Source of the DNA: a virus
IMG/VR virus record: IMGVR_UViG_3300010285_000002
Length of the DNA stretch: 41,407 nucleotides
Direction: 5' to 3' (one strand)
The notes below the pieces were generated by a model. That model saw nothing but the letters and a program-made list of their open reading frames with translations. It was not told the origin of the DNA and did not search any database. Position 1 is the stretch's first letter, and each line of letters opens with the position of its first letter. Of the stretch, positions 18,152-27,190 are shown piece by piece. A program made the position numbers and the translations under genes.

Positions 18152-18331
18152 ATGGATAAGGAAACAGCTAAGAAAATGATAAGTGACCTTATTGATTCGG
18201 CAGATGAGATACAGGGCATATCCATAACTAACGACGTAGAGGAAATTGACAGATCCACTTTAGATGGTGAATACAGGGAGTACAGAAATACCGGGAGAAC
18301 CAACGTTTTCATAACGATATTTAAGGAGTAA
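18152..18331 (+). CDS. small hypothetical protein (59 aa), below the track cutoff
   Basis: ATG lies 2 nt after the previous stop. The ORF fills the gap to 18336 exactly. Confidence 0.45.
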   Translation: MDKETAKKMISDLIDSADEIQGISITNDVEEIDRSTLDGEYREYRNTGRTNVFITIFKE

Positions 18332-18335
18332 TCGT

Positions 18336-18713
18336 ATGGAGAGAGCGTTAAGGTACGAATTAGGAATAAGAATACCGGAGCTTGAGGGAAACATCTATCC
18401 AACGAATGCACCAGAAAGCTCAACAAAGCCTTACTTGGTATATACAAGAATATCAACTAGAAAAGGGAAAACGCTAGAAGGCTTTACCGGAGATGAAACA
18501 TTGAGTTTCATGTTTTCGATTATGGCAACAAAATATTCAGATATGAAATCCTTAGCCAAAAAGGTTGAGGATTTTTTAGTGTCTTTGCCAGGCACAACGA
18601 TAGGTGAAGACAATATTTACATTCAAGACATAGACATAAACAATATACACGAGCAATTTGAGCATGAACTTAAAGTTAATCGAGCAATAATTGATTTTAC
18701 AATTTACTATTAG
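18336..18713 (+). CDS. tail terminator / tail completion protein (DUF3168-like)
   Basis: Lies directly upstream of the major tail gene. Motif YPTNAPE..KPYLVY. Confidence 0.6.
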   Translation: MERALRYELGIRIPELEGNIYPTNAPESSTKPYLVYTRISTRKGKTLEGFTGDETLSFMFSIMATKYSDMKSLAKKVEDFLVSLPGTTIGEDNIYIQDIDINNIHEQFEHELKVNRAIIDFTIYY

Positions 18714-18729
18714 AAAGGTGGTCTAAAAT

Positions 18730-19155
18730 ATGGCAGGAGAAGCAAGAAAAGCAACAAGAGCGTTGGGAACAGTGTTAATGAAAGGAACTCAAAAAATAGG
18801 CGGACTTACTTCTATTGGTGGTATTGAAATCACAGCTGATACAATGGACGTCACCACATTGGATAGTGACGGCGGCTACAGAGAATTCATTGGTTCATTC
18901 AAGGACGGAGGCGAGGTACCAATAGAAGGATATTTCAGGCCAGAGGATGCCGGACAAATAGCAATGCAAACATCTCTAGACGAAGGGCAACCGGAAGACT
19001 ATACGATTGAATTTCCTACTTCACCGAAAGCAGCATGGAGCTTCAAAGGGGTTGTAACAGGCTTCAAGGTTGGAGATGTTGACGTGGACGGCACTGTTAA
19101 TTTCGGTGCTACAATTAAAGTGTCCGGAAAGCCAGTATTAGAAATCGAAGAATAA
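18730..19155 (+). CDS. major tail protein (phi13/TP901-like)
   Basis: 141 aa in conserved position before the chaperone pair. Confidence 0.8.
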   Translation: MAGEARKATRALGTVLMKGTQKIGGLTSIGGIEITADTMDVTTLDSDGGYREFIGSFKDGGEVPIEGYFRPEDAGQIAMQTSLDEGQPEDYTIEFPTSPKAAWSFKGVVTGFKVGDVDVDGTVNFGATIKVSGKPVLEIEE

Positions 19156-19168
19156 CGGAGGGATATAG

Positions 19169-19474
19169 ATGTATCAACCAATCAAGCTTGATAAAACAAG
19201 AAATTTCAAATATGGCATGAAGGCTATTTCTCTAATAGAGAAAAAACTTAAAACCCCAATCGGTAAGATTGACATGAATAACCTAACAATGGAAGATACG
19301 GCTACAATAATTTGGGCCGGACTGGTGCATGAGGATAAGGATTTGACACCTGACAAGGTGATGGACCTTATAGATGAGTATTCAAATGTTCAGACCGTAG
19401 TTGAAGCAATGGGAGAAGCGTTGCAAGCCGCATTTGGGGCAAAAGAAGGAGACGAAGAAGGAAAAAACGAATAG
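19169..19474 (+). CDS. tail assembly chaperone (gpG analogue)
   Basis: Lies between the major tail and tape measure genes. Acidic C-terminus. A slippery site lies near its end. Confidence 0.75.
   Translation: MYQPIKLDKTRNFKYGMKAISLIEKKLKTPIGKIDMNNLTMEDTATIIWAGLVHEDKDLTPDKVMDLIDEYSNVQTVVEAMGEALQAAFGAKEGDEEGKNE
19462..19468 (+). promoter_or_regulatory. -1 programmed frameshift slippery heptamer A_AAA_AAC
   Basis: In zero-frame phasing (gga aaa aac), 2 codons before the TAG. The -1 frame is open from here to 19851. Confidence 0.65.
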
Positions 19475-19851
19475 AAGGCAGCGAAGAAGAGTTCAGTATT
19501 GAAAAAGCACTCGAAACCGCTGCCTATATCAACTTACCACTATCTGATTTTTGGGAAATGACCCCTTACGAATTTTCAGTAATCGTGAGGGGTTATTCTC
19601 TGAGAAAAGAACACGAAGCAAAAGAGTATGAAGCAAAATTGCAAAATGAAAGAGCATTGTTAGTGGAACAGGCATTTTTGATATCAAGATGGGTATGGCA
19701 AAAACGAATTAAGAAACAAGATATTGAAAAGATACTCAAAGTTGAAGAGCAATCAAGCAAAAAGCAAATGACCAATGAACAAATGTTGGCTCAGGTCAAA
19801 GCACTCAATATCCTGTTTGGCGGGGAGGTGAGAATAATAAATGGCAAATAG
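19468..19851 (+). CDS. gpT-like extension of the tail chaperone, expressed as a G-T fusion by -1 frameshift
   Basis: The -1 frame has no stop from 19462 to 19851. It has no RBS or start of its own before 19558. Motif LSDFWEMTPYEF. Confidence 0.65.
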   Translation, partial: RIEGSEEEFSIEKALETAAYINLPLSDFWEMTPYEFSVIVRGYSLRKEHEAKEYEAKLQNERALLVEQAFLISRWVWQKRIKKQDIEKILKVEEQSSKKQMTNEQMLAQVKALNILFGGEVRIINGK

Positions 19852-22531
19852 AAGAAGTAACTTTATCGTGCGCGGCGGTGCGGATTTTTCAGGAATTAAC
19901 AAAGCACTAAATCAAACTCAAGCGAAGTTAACTACGTTTCAGTCTAATATAAGAAAATCCATGAAAGCTATAGGCATATCTTTGAGCAGTTTGGCAGTAG
20001 GAAAACTAATTAAAGATTCAACAGCTATGGCTATGACAGTTGAATCATCTATGGACAACATCAGGAGAAACATGGGCAAAGCATCAAGCGCATTCGAGAA
20101 GTTCGCGGACACCCAAGCAAAAGCTTTAGGGATGGCCCGTAAAGATGCTTATGAATATGGTTCGGTATTCTCAAATCTACTATCAAGTTTTTCTAACGGG
20201 ACACAAGAAACTGCAGAAAAAACTCAAGAGTTAATGAAAGCTGCTGCTATAATCGCAAGCAAAACAGGCAGAACTTATGAAGATGTTGCTAATCGTATTA
20301 GGTCCGGTATGTTGGGCTCCACAGAAGCAATCGAGGATCTCGGTGTGTACACCAACATATCAATGATTGAGTCAACAGAGGCGTTCAAGAAATTTGCAGG
20401 CAACAAGTCATGGAATCAGTTAGATTTTAGAGTACAGCAACAAATTAGGCTTGCAGCTATATTAGAGCAAGCGTACTCAAGGTATGGTGATGCACTTGCA
20501 AATACTACTCAGACCAAACAGGCCATGTTCCTGGCAAGTCTTGAAAATATCAAGCTTAACCTCGGTCAAGCATTTTTGTCAATTTACAATGTTATACTTC
20601 CAGCTTTGAATGCTTTAGCTTCAAAACTCGAAGTAGTAACAGCACGACTTGCAGTGTTCACACAAGCGATTTTTGGAAAAGCAAACTCAGTGCAGGTAAC
20701 AGAAAAACAAACCGAGGCTTTTAAGGATCAAAGCAATGCTATTGCCGATGTGGGTGACGCTGTAGAAGAAGCAGGAAAGAAAGCAAAGAAGGCGCTGGCA
20801 CCGTTTGACGAATTGAACGTATTGACTTCTCAAACAGGCGGATCAGGATCAGCAGCTTCAACCAGTACACAATCAATCGTTGATATATCGAACACAGAAC
20901 AAGAAATAGGCAAAATAGAAACTGTGTTCGACAAGGTTAGGGCAAAGTTTGCCGAACTAAGCGAAATTTTTAAAGAGGGTTTTGCAATTGGTTTCGGTAC
21001 ATCAAACTTTGATAACATAGCAAACAGTCTCAACAACATCAAAAAATCCCTGAAAAGTATTTTTGCTAGTTCAGAAGTCACTAAAGCTGCTGACAACTGG
21101 GCCAATAAAGTTGTACTATCTCTTGGCAAAATAACCGGATCTATTGCGAGCATAGGAAGCACAATAGCAGAATTTTTTGTAGGTAGTATAGACAAATACT
21201 TTTCACAGAATGCTGACTTTCTAAGAAGCAAGATAGTATCATTGCTAGATATATCGGCAAGAAGAGCAGAAATATACTCAAAGTATACAACTGCTCTAGC
21301 TGATATATATAGTGTATTCAGAAGTGACCAAGCAAAACAAATTGGAGCTGACCTAATCGGTATTTTTGCAAATAGCTTTATGTCAGTTGCGGAATTAAGC
21401 TGGGCATTCGGTACCGATATCATCGAGGCTATTACAAGGCCGATAACCGAAAACAAAGACGCTATTAAGAAAGCCTTAGAAAATACACTTGCGCCAGTAC
21501 GAATTCTAGTTGGAGGTATAAAAGACTTCCTTGACAAAACATTTGCAGCGATTAAAAACTCCTATGATAAATATATAAGTCCAGCACTTGAAAATTTTGG
21601 TTCTGGATTTAGCAAGGCGTTTAAGGGCGTGCTTGATGGATATAATCAGTATTTAGCTCCAACGATTGATAACATATCAAGAAAGTTTGTGGAGCTAGTT
21701 GATACTTATTTATCGCCGTTAATTAGGAAAATACTTGATTTTATAGGATCACTCATATATGAAGTGTCAAGGCTTTGGGATTTCCTATCGCCGTTCGTTG
21801 GATGGCTGGCATCTAACTTCTTTGAAAAGATATCAAATAGCTTAAAATTAATGTGGAGTCTATTTGAAACAGTATTTAAGCAGATAATTAATATTTTAAA
21901 TACTACTATAGGTGTTCTGCAGGGATTACTTGATTTTATCGCTGGTGTATTTACAGGCGATTGGGGTAGAGCTTGGAATGGCATCAAGCAAGTTTTTACT
22001 TCGATTTTAGACGGTATGAAGAACTCAATTACGAATTTCATTGACTTTATAGGCAAAGCTTTTGCTGGTATTGGAGATACAATTAAAATTACTATCAAAG
22101 GTGCTATAAATGGAGTTATTGTATTATTTAATAAATTTATTAATCATGTGAATAATAAACTCAAATTCTCTTGGGATGGTCTAAAAATTGCTGGCAAAAC
22201 TATATTCGAGGCCGGCAGTGTTCAGTTAGCAAAAATTCCTACAATCCCTCAACTTGCCCGGGGAGGTATAGTTGACAGCCCGACACTCGCAATGATAGGC
22301 GAAGCAGGAAAAGAGGCAGTTGTGCCTCTCGAAAATACTAGCTTTGTTACGACACTTGCAAGTGCTATAGCGAATGAAATATCTAAGAAATTGGGAAGCA
22401 ACACATCAAATAATAGCAATAATACTGGCGATGTAGTGCTGAAAATAGGAGACGTTGAGTTTGGACGAATAGCCATAAAAGCTATTAATGAGGTACAACG
22501 TAGTGCAGGGGCAACCCTGTTAATTGTCTAA
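19841..22531 (+). CDS. tail tape measure protein
   Basis: 896 aa, helical and low complexity, in the conserved position. Confidence 0.9.
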   Translation: MANRRSNFIVRGGADFSGINKALNQTQAKLTTFQSNIRKSMKAIGISLSSLAVGKLIKDSTAMAMTVESSMDNIRRNMGKASSAFEKFADTQAKALGMARKDAYEYGSVFSNLLSSFSNGTQETAEKTQELMKAAAIIASKTGRTYEDVANRIRSGMLGSTEAIEDLGVYTNISMIESTEAFKKFAGNKSWNQLDFRVQQQIRLAAILEQAYSRYGDALANTTQTKQAMFLASLENIKLNLGQAFLSIYNVILPALNALASKLEVVTARLAVFTQAIFGKANSVQVTEKQTEAFKDQSNAIADVGDAVEEAGKKAKKALAPFDELNVLTSQTGGSGSAASTSTQSIVDISNTEQEIGKIETVFDKVRAKFAELSEIFKEGFAIGFGTSNFDNIANSLNNIKKSLKSIFASSEVTKAADNWANKVVLSLGKITGSIASIGSTIAEFFVGSIDKYFSQNADFLRSKIVSLLDISARRAEIYSKYTTALADIYSVFRSDQAKQIGADLIGIFANSFMSVAELSWAFGTDIIEAITRPITENKDAIKKALENTLAPVRILVGGIKDFLDKTFAAIKNSYDKYISPALENFGSGFSKAFKGVLDGYNQYLAPTIDNISRKFVELVDTYLSPLIRKILDFIGSLIYEVSRLWDFLSPFVGWLASNFFEKISNSLKLMWSLFETVFKQIINILNTTIGVLQGLLDFIAGVFTGDWGRAWNGIKQVFTSILDGMKNSITNFIDFIGKAFAGIGDTIKITIKGAINGVIVLFNKFINHVNNKLKFSWDGLKIAGKTIFEAGSVQLAKIPTIPQLARGGIVDSPTLAMIGEAGKEAVVPLENTSFVTTLASAIANEISKKLGSNTSNNSNNTGDVVLKIGDVEFGRIAIKAINEVQRSAGATLLIV

Positions 22532-22544
22532 GGAAGTGATATAC

Positions 22545-22898
22545 ATGCTAAAAATTAATGGAAATGATGTAGTTACACCGTCTGAATTCTCGGTTACTAT
22601 ACTCGACTTAGACAATGGTGAAAGCTCGGTGAGAACAGCAGACGGTACGCTTAACAGGGATAGGATAGCAGTGAAAAGGCAACTTGATATAACTTGGCCA
22701 GTTATGAATTGGTTAGACACATCAACTATTTTACAAGCTATGTCGAGTGTATTTTTTACTGTGAATTATCCTGATCCGTTTACAGGTTACTACGAAACAA
22801 AAACATTCTATGTCGGGAATAGACCTGTTCCAGTTGCTATTGTGAAGGGTAATGAAATATATTGGGGCGGTCTCAAAGTCACTCTAATAGAAAGATAG
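22545..22898 (+). CDS. small distal tail component (Dit-like position)
   Basis: Immediately follows the tape measure gene. ATG 22545 follows an AAGGAAGTGA RBS. Confidence 0.5.
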   Translation: MLKINGNDVVTPSEFSVTILDLDNGESSVRTADGTLNRDRIAVKRQLDITWPVMNWLDTSTILQAMSSVFFTVNYPDPFTGYYETKTFYVGNRPVPVAIVKGNEIYWGGLKVTLIER

Positions 22899-22908
22899 GT
22901 GATGCAAT

Positions 22909-24876
22909 ATGTATCCTACTTCACAAAAATACAAAGACTATATCAACTCTCCAAATCGACAATTTGAAGTGCAGGCAATCATCAATGGGGTTGTATATGG
23001 TAGCGATGAAGTGGTGGAATTCTCCATTGACGATATGCTTACTGGTAGCGATGAATTGACACTTGGTACAGTTATTCCAGCGAAATTAAATATCAAAATA
23101 AAGACTACAAGCTCAATACCAACTAATGCCAAAATAGTGCCTGAACTAAGATTGAATGGTCCTGATGGGTATACTGAATGGATACCTATGGGTGAATTTT
23201 ATATTGACTCAAGGCAGTATCAAAACGGGATCTGGACTTTCAGTTGCGTTGACAAACTTATTACAACCGAGCAGCCTTATGTATCAAATTTGACTTATCC
23301 GGTAAGCATGAGCGACGTATTCGAAGAAATATTAGATATCTTGGACATTGAATCTGATGTAGCAATTAATCCCACATTCCAGATACCCTACAAGGATGAA
23401 AGCATAAGTATACGGGATATGTTGTCGTGCATAGCCTCGGCTCATGGGGCTAATGTGAAACTGAACAGAGAAGGGGAACTGATATTTATTCCTATTTCAC
23501 CAAGTTTGGAACCAGTTGCTACAGTCACAGCATCCAGCTATATCCGAGGCGAGCAAACAAATCCCCAAAAGGTGTATACAAAACTCGAAGTAGTACATAA
23601 TGCGGAAGGCGAAACTTTAACACGAGGCACCGGAACAGAAGATAACACTTTGAAGTTTGAAAACCGCTTCATGTTCATTGAACAGAATCAGCTTAACAAT
23701 GCTTTTTCAATAATCGATGGCTTTTCATATGTGCCATACACCATGACTTGGACTGGTAGACCTGATTTGGACGTCGGGGACACTATTAAGATTGTATTGT
23801 TAGACAGTACCGAAATAACAAGCATTATAGCAGTCAACAAAATCAGTTTCAAAGGTGGATTACTTCAACAGAGCTCCGCACCTTCTAAGAGCGAACAGCA
23901 AAGCGAGTTCAGGTTCACCGGAACAATTTCAAAACAATTGGCTCAAAAAATCACAAAAGATGCTGTATACAATGGAGTTTCATTTGGACCGACGTACGGA
24001 TTGAAAGTTGAACGAAGTGATGGAAAAGTTCGTGTTCTTGCAAATGCGACAAAAGGAATACTCATACAGAAAAATATTGGTGGAGACAATTGGGAAGATG
24101 TCATATTCCTCGATACAGAAGGCAACGGCAACTTCGTGGGAAAAATCATTTCTTCTCAATTCATAGGTGGTTCAATCGATATCGGAGACGGACAATTCAC
24201 AGTAGATAGCGAGGGTAATGTATTTTCTAATTCTATGACAGTTACAGGCGGAACTATTGCTATCACAAGGGTAGACAACAAAGCACGTGTAACTATAAGT
24301 GGTGCGGACGGTTTCAAAATACAGAAGGGCGACGGTACCGGGGAAGTTTGGGAAGATGTAGTTTACATCGATAACGAAGGCAATGCCAATTTCACCGGGA
24401 TAATCACAGGCGGGATGATAAGAACTGCAGCAGAAGGAGCAAGAATCGAGATTAGCAACAACCAACTGAGGCATTATAATACATCTGGAAGACTTCAAGG
24501 TTTTTGTAGCAATACTATGGACAATCGTTATGGGGACGTTGAAATTTATGATGGAGGAGAATTAATTTTTCGTATTTACGTTGATATAAGTAACGGAGCT
24601 TGGTTAAGACAAGAAAATGGGAAGCCTCTATATATAGGAAGAACTGGTCATGATACTTACTGCTATGGGAATTGGGTTGGAGTTGTACAACACTTAACTC
24701 AATCAGAAGCAGCTGCAAAAACCGATTGGATTTTAAATCAGCTAGTGGAAATAACAGATGAAGAACTGCCTTTAATAACAGATGACCTTAACGAATCATC
24801 AACTATTGAACAGATAGTAGAAAAAATTAATGATATAATACGAGCGCTCGATGGTTGGATGCTTAGGAGAGAGTAA
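22909..24876 (+). CDS. tail-associated protein (Tal / prophage tail endopeptidase-like) with repeated C-terminal modules
   Basis: 655 aa after the Dit position. Repeated WEDV(I/V)..D.EGN.NF.G.I units. Confidence 0.7.
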   Translation: MYPTSQKYKDYINSPNRQFEVQAIINGVVYGSDEVVEFSIDDMLTGSDELTLGTVIPAKLNIKIKTTSSIPTNAKIVPELRLNGPDGYTEWIPMGEFYIDSRQYQNGIWTFSCVDKLITTEQPYVSNLTYPVSMSDVFEEILDILDIESDVAINPTFQIPYKDESISIRDMLSCIASAHGANVKLNREGELIFIPISPSLEPVATVTASSYIRGEQTNPQKVYTKLEVVHNAEGETLTRGTGTEDNTLKFENRFMFIEQNQLNNAFSIIDGFSYVPYTMTWTGRPDLDVGDTIKIVLLDSTEITSIIAVNKISFKGGLLQQSSAPSKSEQQSEFRFTGTISKQLAQKITKDAVYNGVSFGPTYGLKVERSDGKVRVLANATKGILIQKNIGGDNWEDVIFLDTEGNGNFVGKIISSQFIGGSIDIGDGQFTVDSEGNVFSNSMTVTGGTIAITRVDNKARVTISGADGFKIQKGDGTGEVWEDVVYIDNEGNANFTGIITGGMIRTAAEGARIEISNNQLRHYNTSGRLQGFCSNTMDNRYGDVEIYDGGELIFRIYVDISNGAWLRQENGKPLYIGRTGHDTYCYGNWVGVVQHLTQSEAAAKTDWILNQLVEITDEELPLITDDLNESSTIEQIVEKINDIIRALDGWMLRRE

Positions 24877-24877
24877 T

Positions 24878-25633
24878 ATGTTGCAAAAAATAAGATTTAA
24901 AAAATATACATCTTCGGGATTTGTACCAGCAAGGTTAAAAAAGTTTGGATTTGGTACAGATAAAGAAATGAATATAGATGGATTGAAAGCAGAATATTTG
25001 TTTAAAAATAGCTTAGAAGATACAAGTGGGAATGAGTATCATTTGACGCCCATAGGGAATGTTATGTTTAAAAAGGGGTTAGGTGGTTATTGTTTGTATT
25101 ATGAAACACAACAAGTTGGGGCTATTGTACACTCTTCAGAATTAACATCAATCTTTATTGGACGAAAGCCTTATACAGTTTCATTTTGGATTATGCCTAC
25201 TATTTTTAGTCACGAAAATGCTGAAATAATCAAAGTATCTAATGCTTCTGGTGAGGCATCAACCATAAGCATATTTATATTATCAAATGGTATTATACAA
25301 TTTAGAAGGCAACTATTGTGGTCATATAGCGACCTATATTCTACAGAACCATTAAAACTTAATAAATGGCAACATTTTTTATGTGAATACAATGGAACAA
25401 CAATGAAAATTTATATAAATAATAAATTATGTGGTGAATTAGAAAGCACATTATCTGTAACACAGTATGGGATTTTATGGTTTGGGTTAGTTGCTGGGAC
25501 ATATGTTTCTTCACAACCTGGCTATTATGATTCTCTTCGTATTTTTGATAGAATATTAACTGAAAAAGAGAAATTTGAACTTTATAATGAATTTAATTTA
25601 GCTCCTATTAGATTATTTAAATTTATGGTATAA
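24878..25633 (+). CDS. LamG/concanavalin-like lectin-domain protein (putative receptor-binding component)
   Basis: Motifs TVSFWI and SLRIFDRILTEKE are typical of Laminin_G_3-type domains. ATG 24878 follows AGGAGAGAG. Confidence 0.6.
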   Translation: MLQKIRFKKYTSSGFVPARLKKFGFGTDKEMNIDGLKAEYLFKNSLEDTSGNEYHLTPIGNVMFKKGLGGYCLYYETQQVGAIVHSSELTSIFIGRKPYTVSFWIMPTIFSHENAEIIKVSNASGEASTISIFILSNGIIQFRRQLLWSYSDLYSTEPLKLNKWQHFLCEYNGTTMKIYINNKLCGELESTLSVTQYGILWFGLVAGTYVSSQPGYYDSLRIFDRILTEKEKFELYNEFNLAPIRLFKFMV

Positions 25634-25634
25634 T
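25606..25634 (+). promoter_or_regulatory. possible extended -10 promoter (TGgTATAAT) for the secreted-protein moron
   Basis: tggtataat lies at 25626-25634. The -35 (tattag) is poor. Confidence 0.35.
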
Positions 25635-25658
25635 ATAGGCGAGGGAGGCGATGAATGT

Positions 25659-26312
25659 ATGAAAAAATATATATCAGGATTTATAGTAGGAGTTCTCACA
25701 ACAGTAGGGATAACTGTTTTTGCAGAAGAAGTCAAAAGTTTTATTGCTGAAAAGGCTACTTTTGATGTATACGTTGCAGGCGAAAAATTTGAAAGCGACA
25801 AGCCTGCGGTGGTCATCGATGGCAGTACATATCTGCCTTTAAGAGCCACAGGAGAAGCTTTAGGTGTAAATGTCGAATGGAACGCTGAGAAAAGAAGGGT
25901 GGAGGTTGGAGAAATGAAAGCTACAATATCAGAAGCGACACCAGCATCAACAAAAATACCAACAAATATACCAGTAACAACTCCCGTACCAATGCCACCT
26001 TCTCAAACAAAAGGGGCAGCTCAAAATTGGTATAATTTTAGGTCAGATATAATACCTAATGCAGATGGATTCCCAATGATTACAAAAGATGGTGAGCATT
26101 ATTTGTTATTAAGTTTATTTGGTCAAGATAATATTATATATCCTGAAACAAAAGACGGTTTTTACTCAGTAAAACTTCCAGGGACAGAACCAGTTCAATT
26201 GTCTGAAAATAACACAGTAAAGTATGAAGGAAGGACTTTTGTAAAAGTGTCATCTTTGGGTCTCAAAGCAAGAATAGAAGGTGATACAGCATATATCGAA
26301 TGGGCGGATTAA
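25659..26312 (+). CDS. secreted or membrane-anchored protein with copper-amine-oxidase-N-terminal-like (stalk) domain
   Basis: Signal-like N-terminus MKKYISGFIVGVLTTVGITVFA. Domain motif DGSTYLPLRATGEALGVNVEWNAEKRRVEV. Confidence 0.65.
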   Translation: MKKYISGFIVGVLTTVGITVFAEEVKSFIAEKATFDVYVAGEKFESDKPAVVIDGSTYLPLRATGEALGVNVEWNAEKRRVEVGEMKATISEATPASTKIPTNIPVTTPVPMPPSQTKGAAQNWYNFRSDIIPNADGFPMITKDGEHYLLLSLFGQDNIIYPETKDGFYSVKLPGTEPVQLSENNTVKYEGRTFVKVSSLGLKARIEGDTAYIEWAD

Positions 26313-26313
26313 A

Positions 26314-26337
26314 AGAGAGTAACAACTCTCTTTTTTG
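26314..26337 (+). terminator. intrinsic terminator
   Basis: Stem AGAGAGT/ACTCTCT with loop aaca, followed by T6. Confidence 0.75.
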
Positions 26338-26343
26338 TTATTC

Positions 26344-26373
26344 TTGACAAGATGCAACGATGCATCATAAAAT
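26344..26373 (+). promoter_or_regulatory. sigma-A-type promoter (TTGACA-18-TAAAAT) with GATGCA/GATGCATC repeat in the spacer
   Basis: ttgaca lies at 26344-26349 and taaaat at 26368-26373. Confidence 0.55.
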
Positions 26374-26378
26374 AGATA

Positions 26379-26515
26379 TGCTGTCGGATAGGGACTGCAG
26401 CCTGACAAGTATCTTACCCGAGATACTTCCGACAGCACATTAATCGGGTACCCGATCGGGGAAGGGTGTATATATTACACCGGCCAGAAGAGAGTCAGAA
26501 ATGGCTCTCTTTTTT
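26379..26515 (+). ncRNA. structured leader RNA ending in an intrinsic terminator, upstream of the lysis cassette (riboswitch/attenuator-like or sRNA)
   Basis: 10-bp stem 26379-88/26428-37 encloses a 7-bp hairpin. Overlapping palindromes ATCGGGTACCCGAT and CCCGATCGGG follow, then hairpin GGTGTA/TACACC, then terminator AGAGAGTC/GGCTCTCT plus T5. Confidence 0.45.
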
Positions 26516-26549
26516 GTATGCAAAAATACGGTGTAGAGGAGATGTATAT

Positions 26550-26849
26550 ATGACAATTGAGGTTGCAATAGTGATATCAGGTATATCTCTTGCTTTTGCT
26601 ATCTATTTTGGAGTATCAAATTTAAGAAGAAATCAGAAAGCTGATGACAAAAAAGAAGCAAGCGAATTAACAACAGTTATCGTGAAGTTAGAAAACATCG
26701 GAACTGGAATTACTGAAATTAAATCAGAAATGACTAATGTTAAAAATGATATTAAGGAATCTAGAGAAAGACTTATTAAAGTAGAAGAGTCTGCAAAACA
26801 AGCTCATAAAAGGCTGGATATCTTAGAAAACAAAAGGAAGGATGGTTAA
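26550..26849 (+). CDS. lysis-cassette membrane protein (one N-terminal TM plus coiled coil; XhlA/holin-like)
   Basis: ATG 26550 follows an AGAGGAG RBS. TM segment IEVAIVISGISLAFAIYFGV. The track start at 26466 runs through the terminator. Confidence 0.55.
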   Translation: MTIEVAIVISGISLAFAIYFGVSNLRRNQKADDKKEASELTTVIVKLENIGTGITEIKSEMTNVKNDIKESRERLIKVEESAKQAHKRLDILENKRKDG

Positions 26850-26851
26850 TT

Positions 26852-27190
26852 ATGATGGAAATTATTAAAGATTTTTTAATTGAATACAGGTTTGTTATTG
26901 CAGTTATAGTATGCTTTATTCTTTATTTTTTGTTTGAAAGAGAAAAAGGATATAGCATATTGTATAATCTGATGTTGCAAGCAAAACGATTAGCAAAAGA
27001 CGCAATTTTGAAGTCAGGTCAACAGCAAGAGGATTGGGTTGTAGAAAAGGCGATGTATTTATTGCCAGTTTCTTGGAAAGTGTTCATAACAGAAACTAAA
27101 GTACGGAAAATAATTAAATGGTTATTTCACAAAGGGAAAGATCTAATTGACGATGGGAAATTGAATGATTCCTGGGGGAATGACCTATGA
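26852..27190 (+). CDS. putative holin / membrane protein
   Basis: N-terminal TM segment FVIAVIVCFILYFLF. Directly precedes the endolysin with an ATGA overlap. Confidence 0.5.
   Translation: MMEIIKDFLIEYRFVIAVIVCFILYFLFEREKGYSILYNLMLQAKRLAKDAILKSGQQQEDWVVEKAMYLLPVSWKVFITETKVRKIIKWLFHKGKDLIDDGKLNDSWGNDL

Noticed and set aside
20830-21537. 235-aa minus-strand ORF inside the tape measure gene. The same applies to 15566-16060, 18058-18456, 7228-7605, 21706-22098, 14863-15217 and 5244-5555 on the minus strand.
   Set aside because: These ORFs are antisense to well-supported genes and have no RBS. Their composition is low-complexity, rich in Ser, Leu and Phe, which is typical of shadow ORFs.
22909-26312. 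A diversity-generating retroelement acting on the tail or LamG genes.
   Set aside because: No reverse transcriptase gene and no template/variable repeat pair were found in the window.
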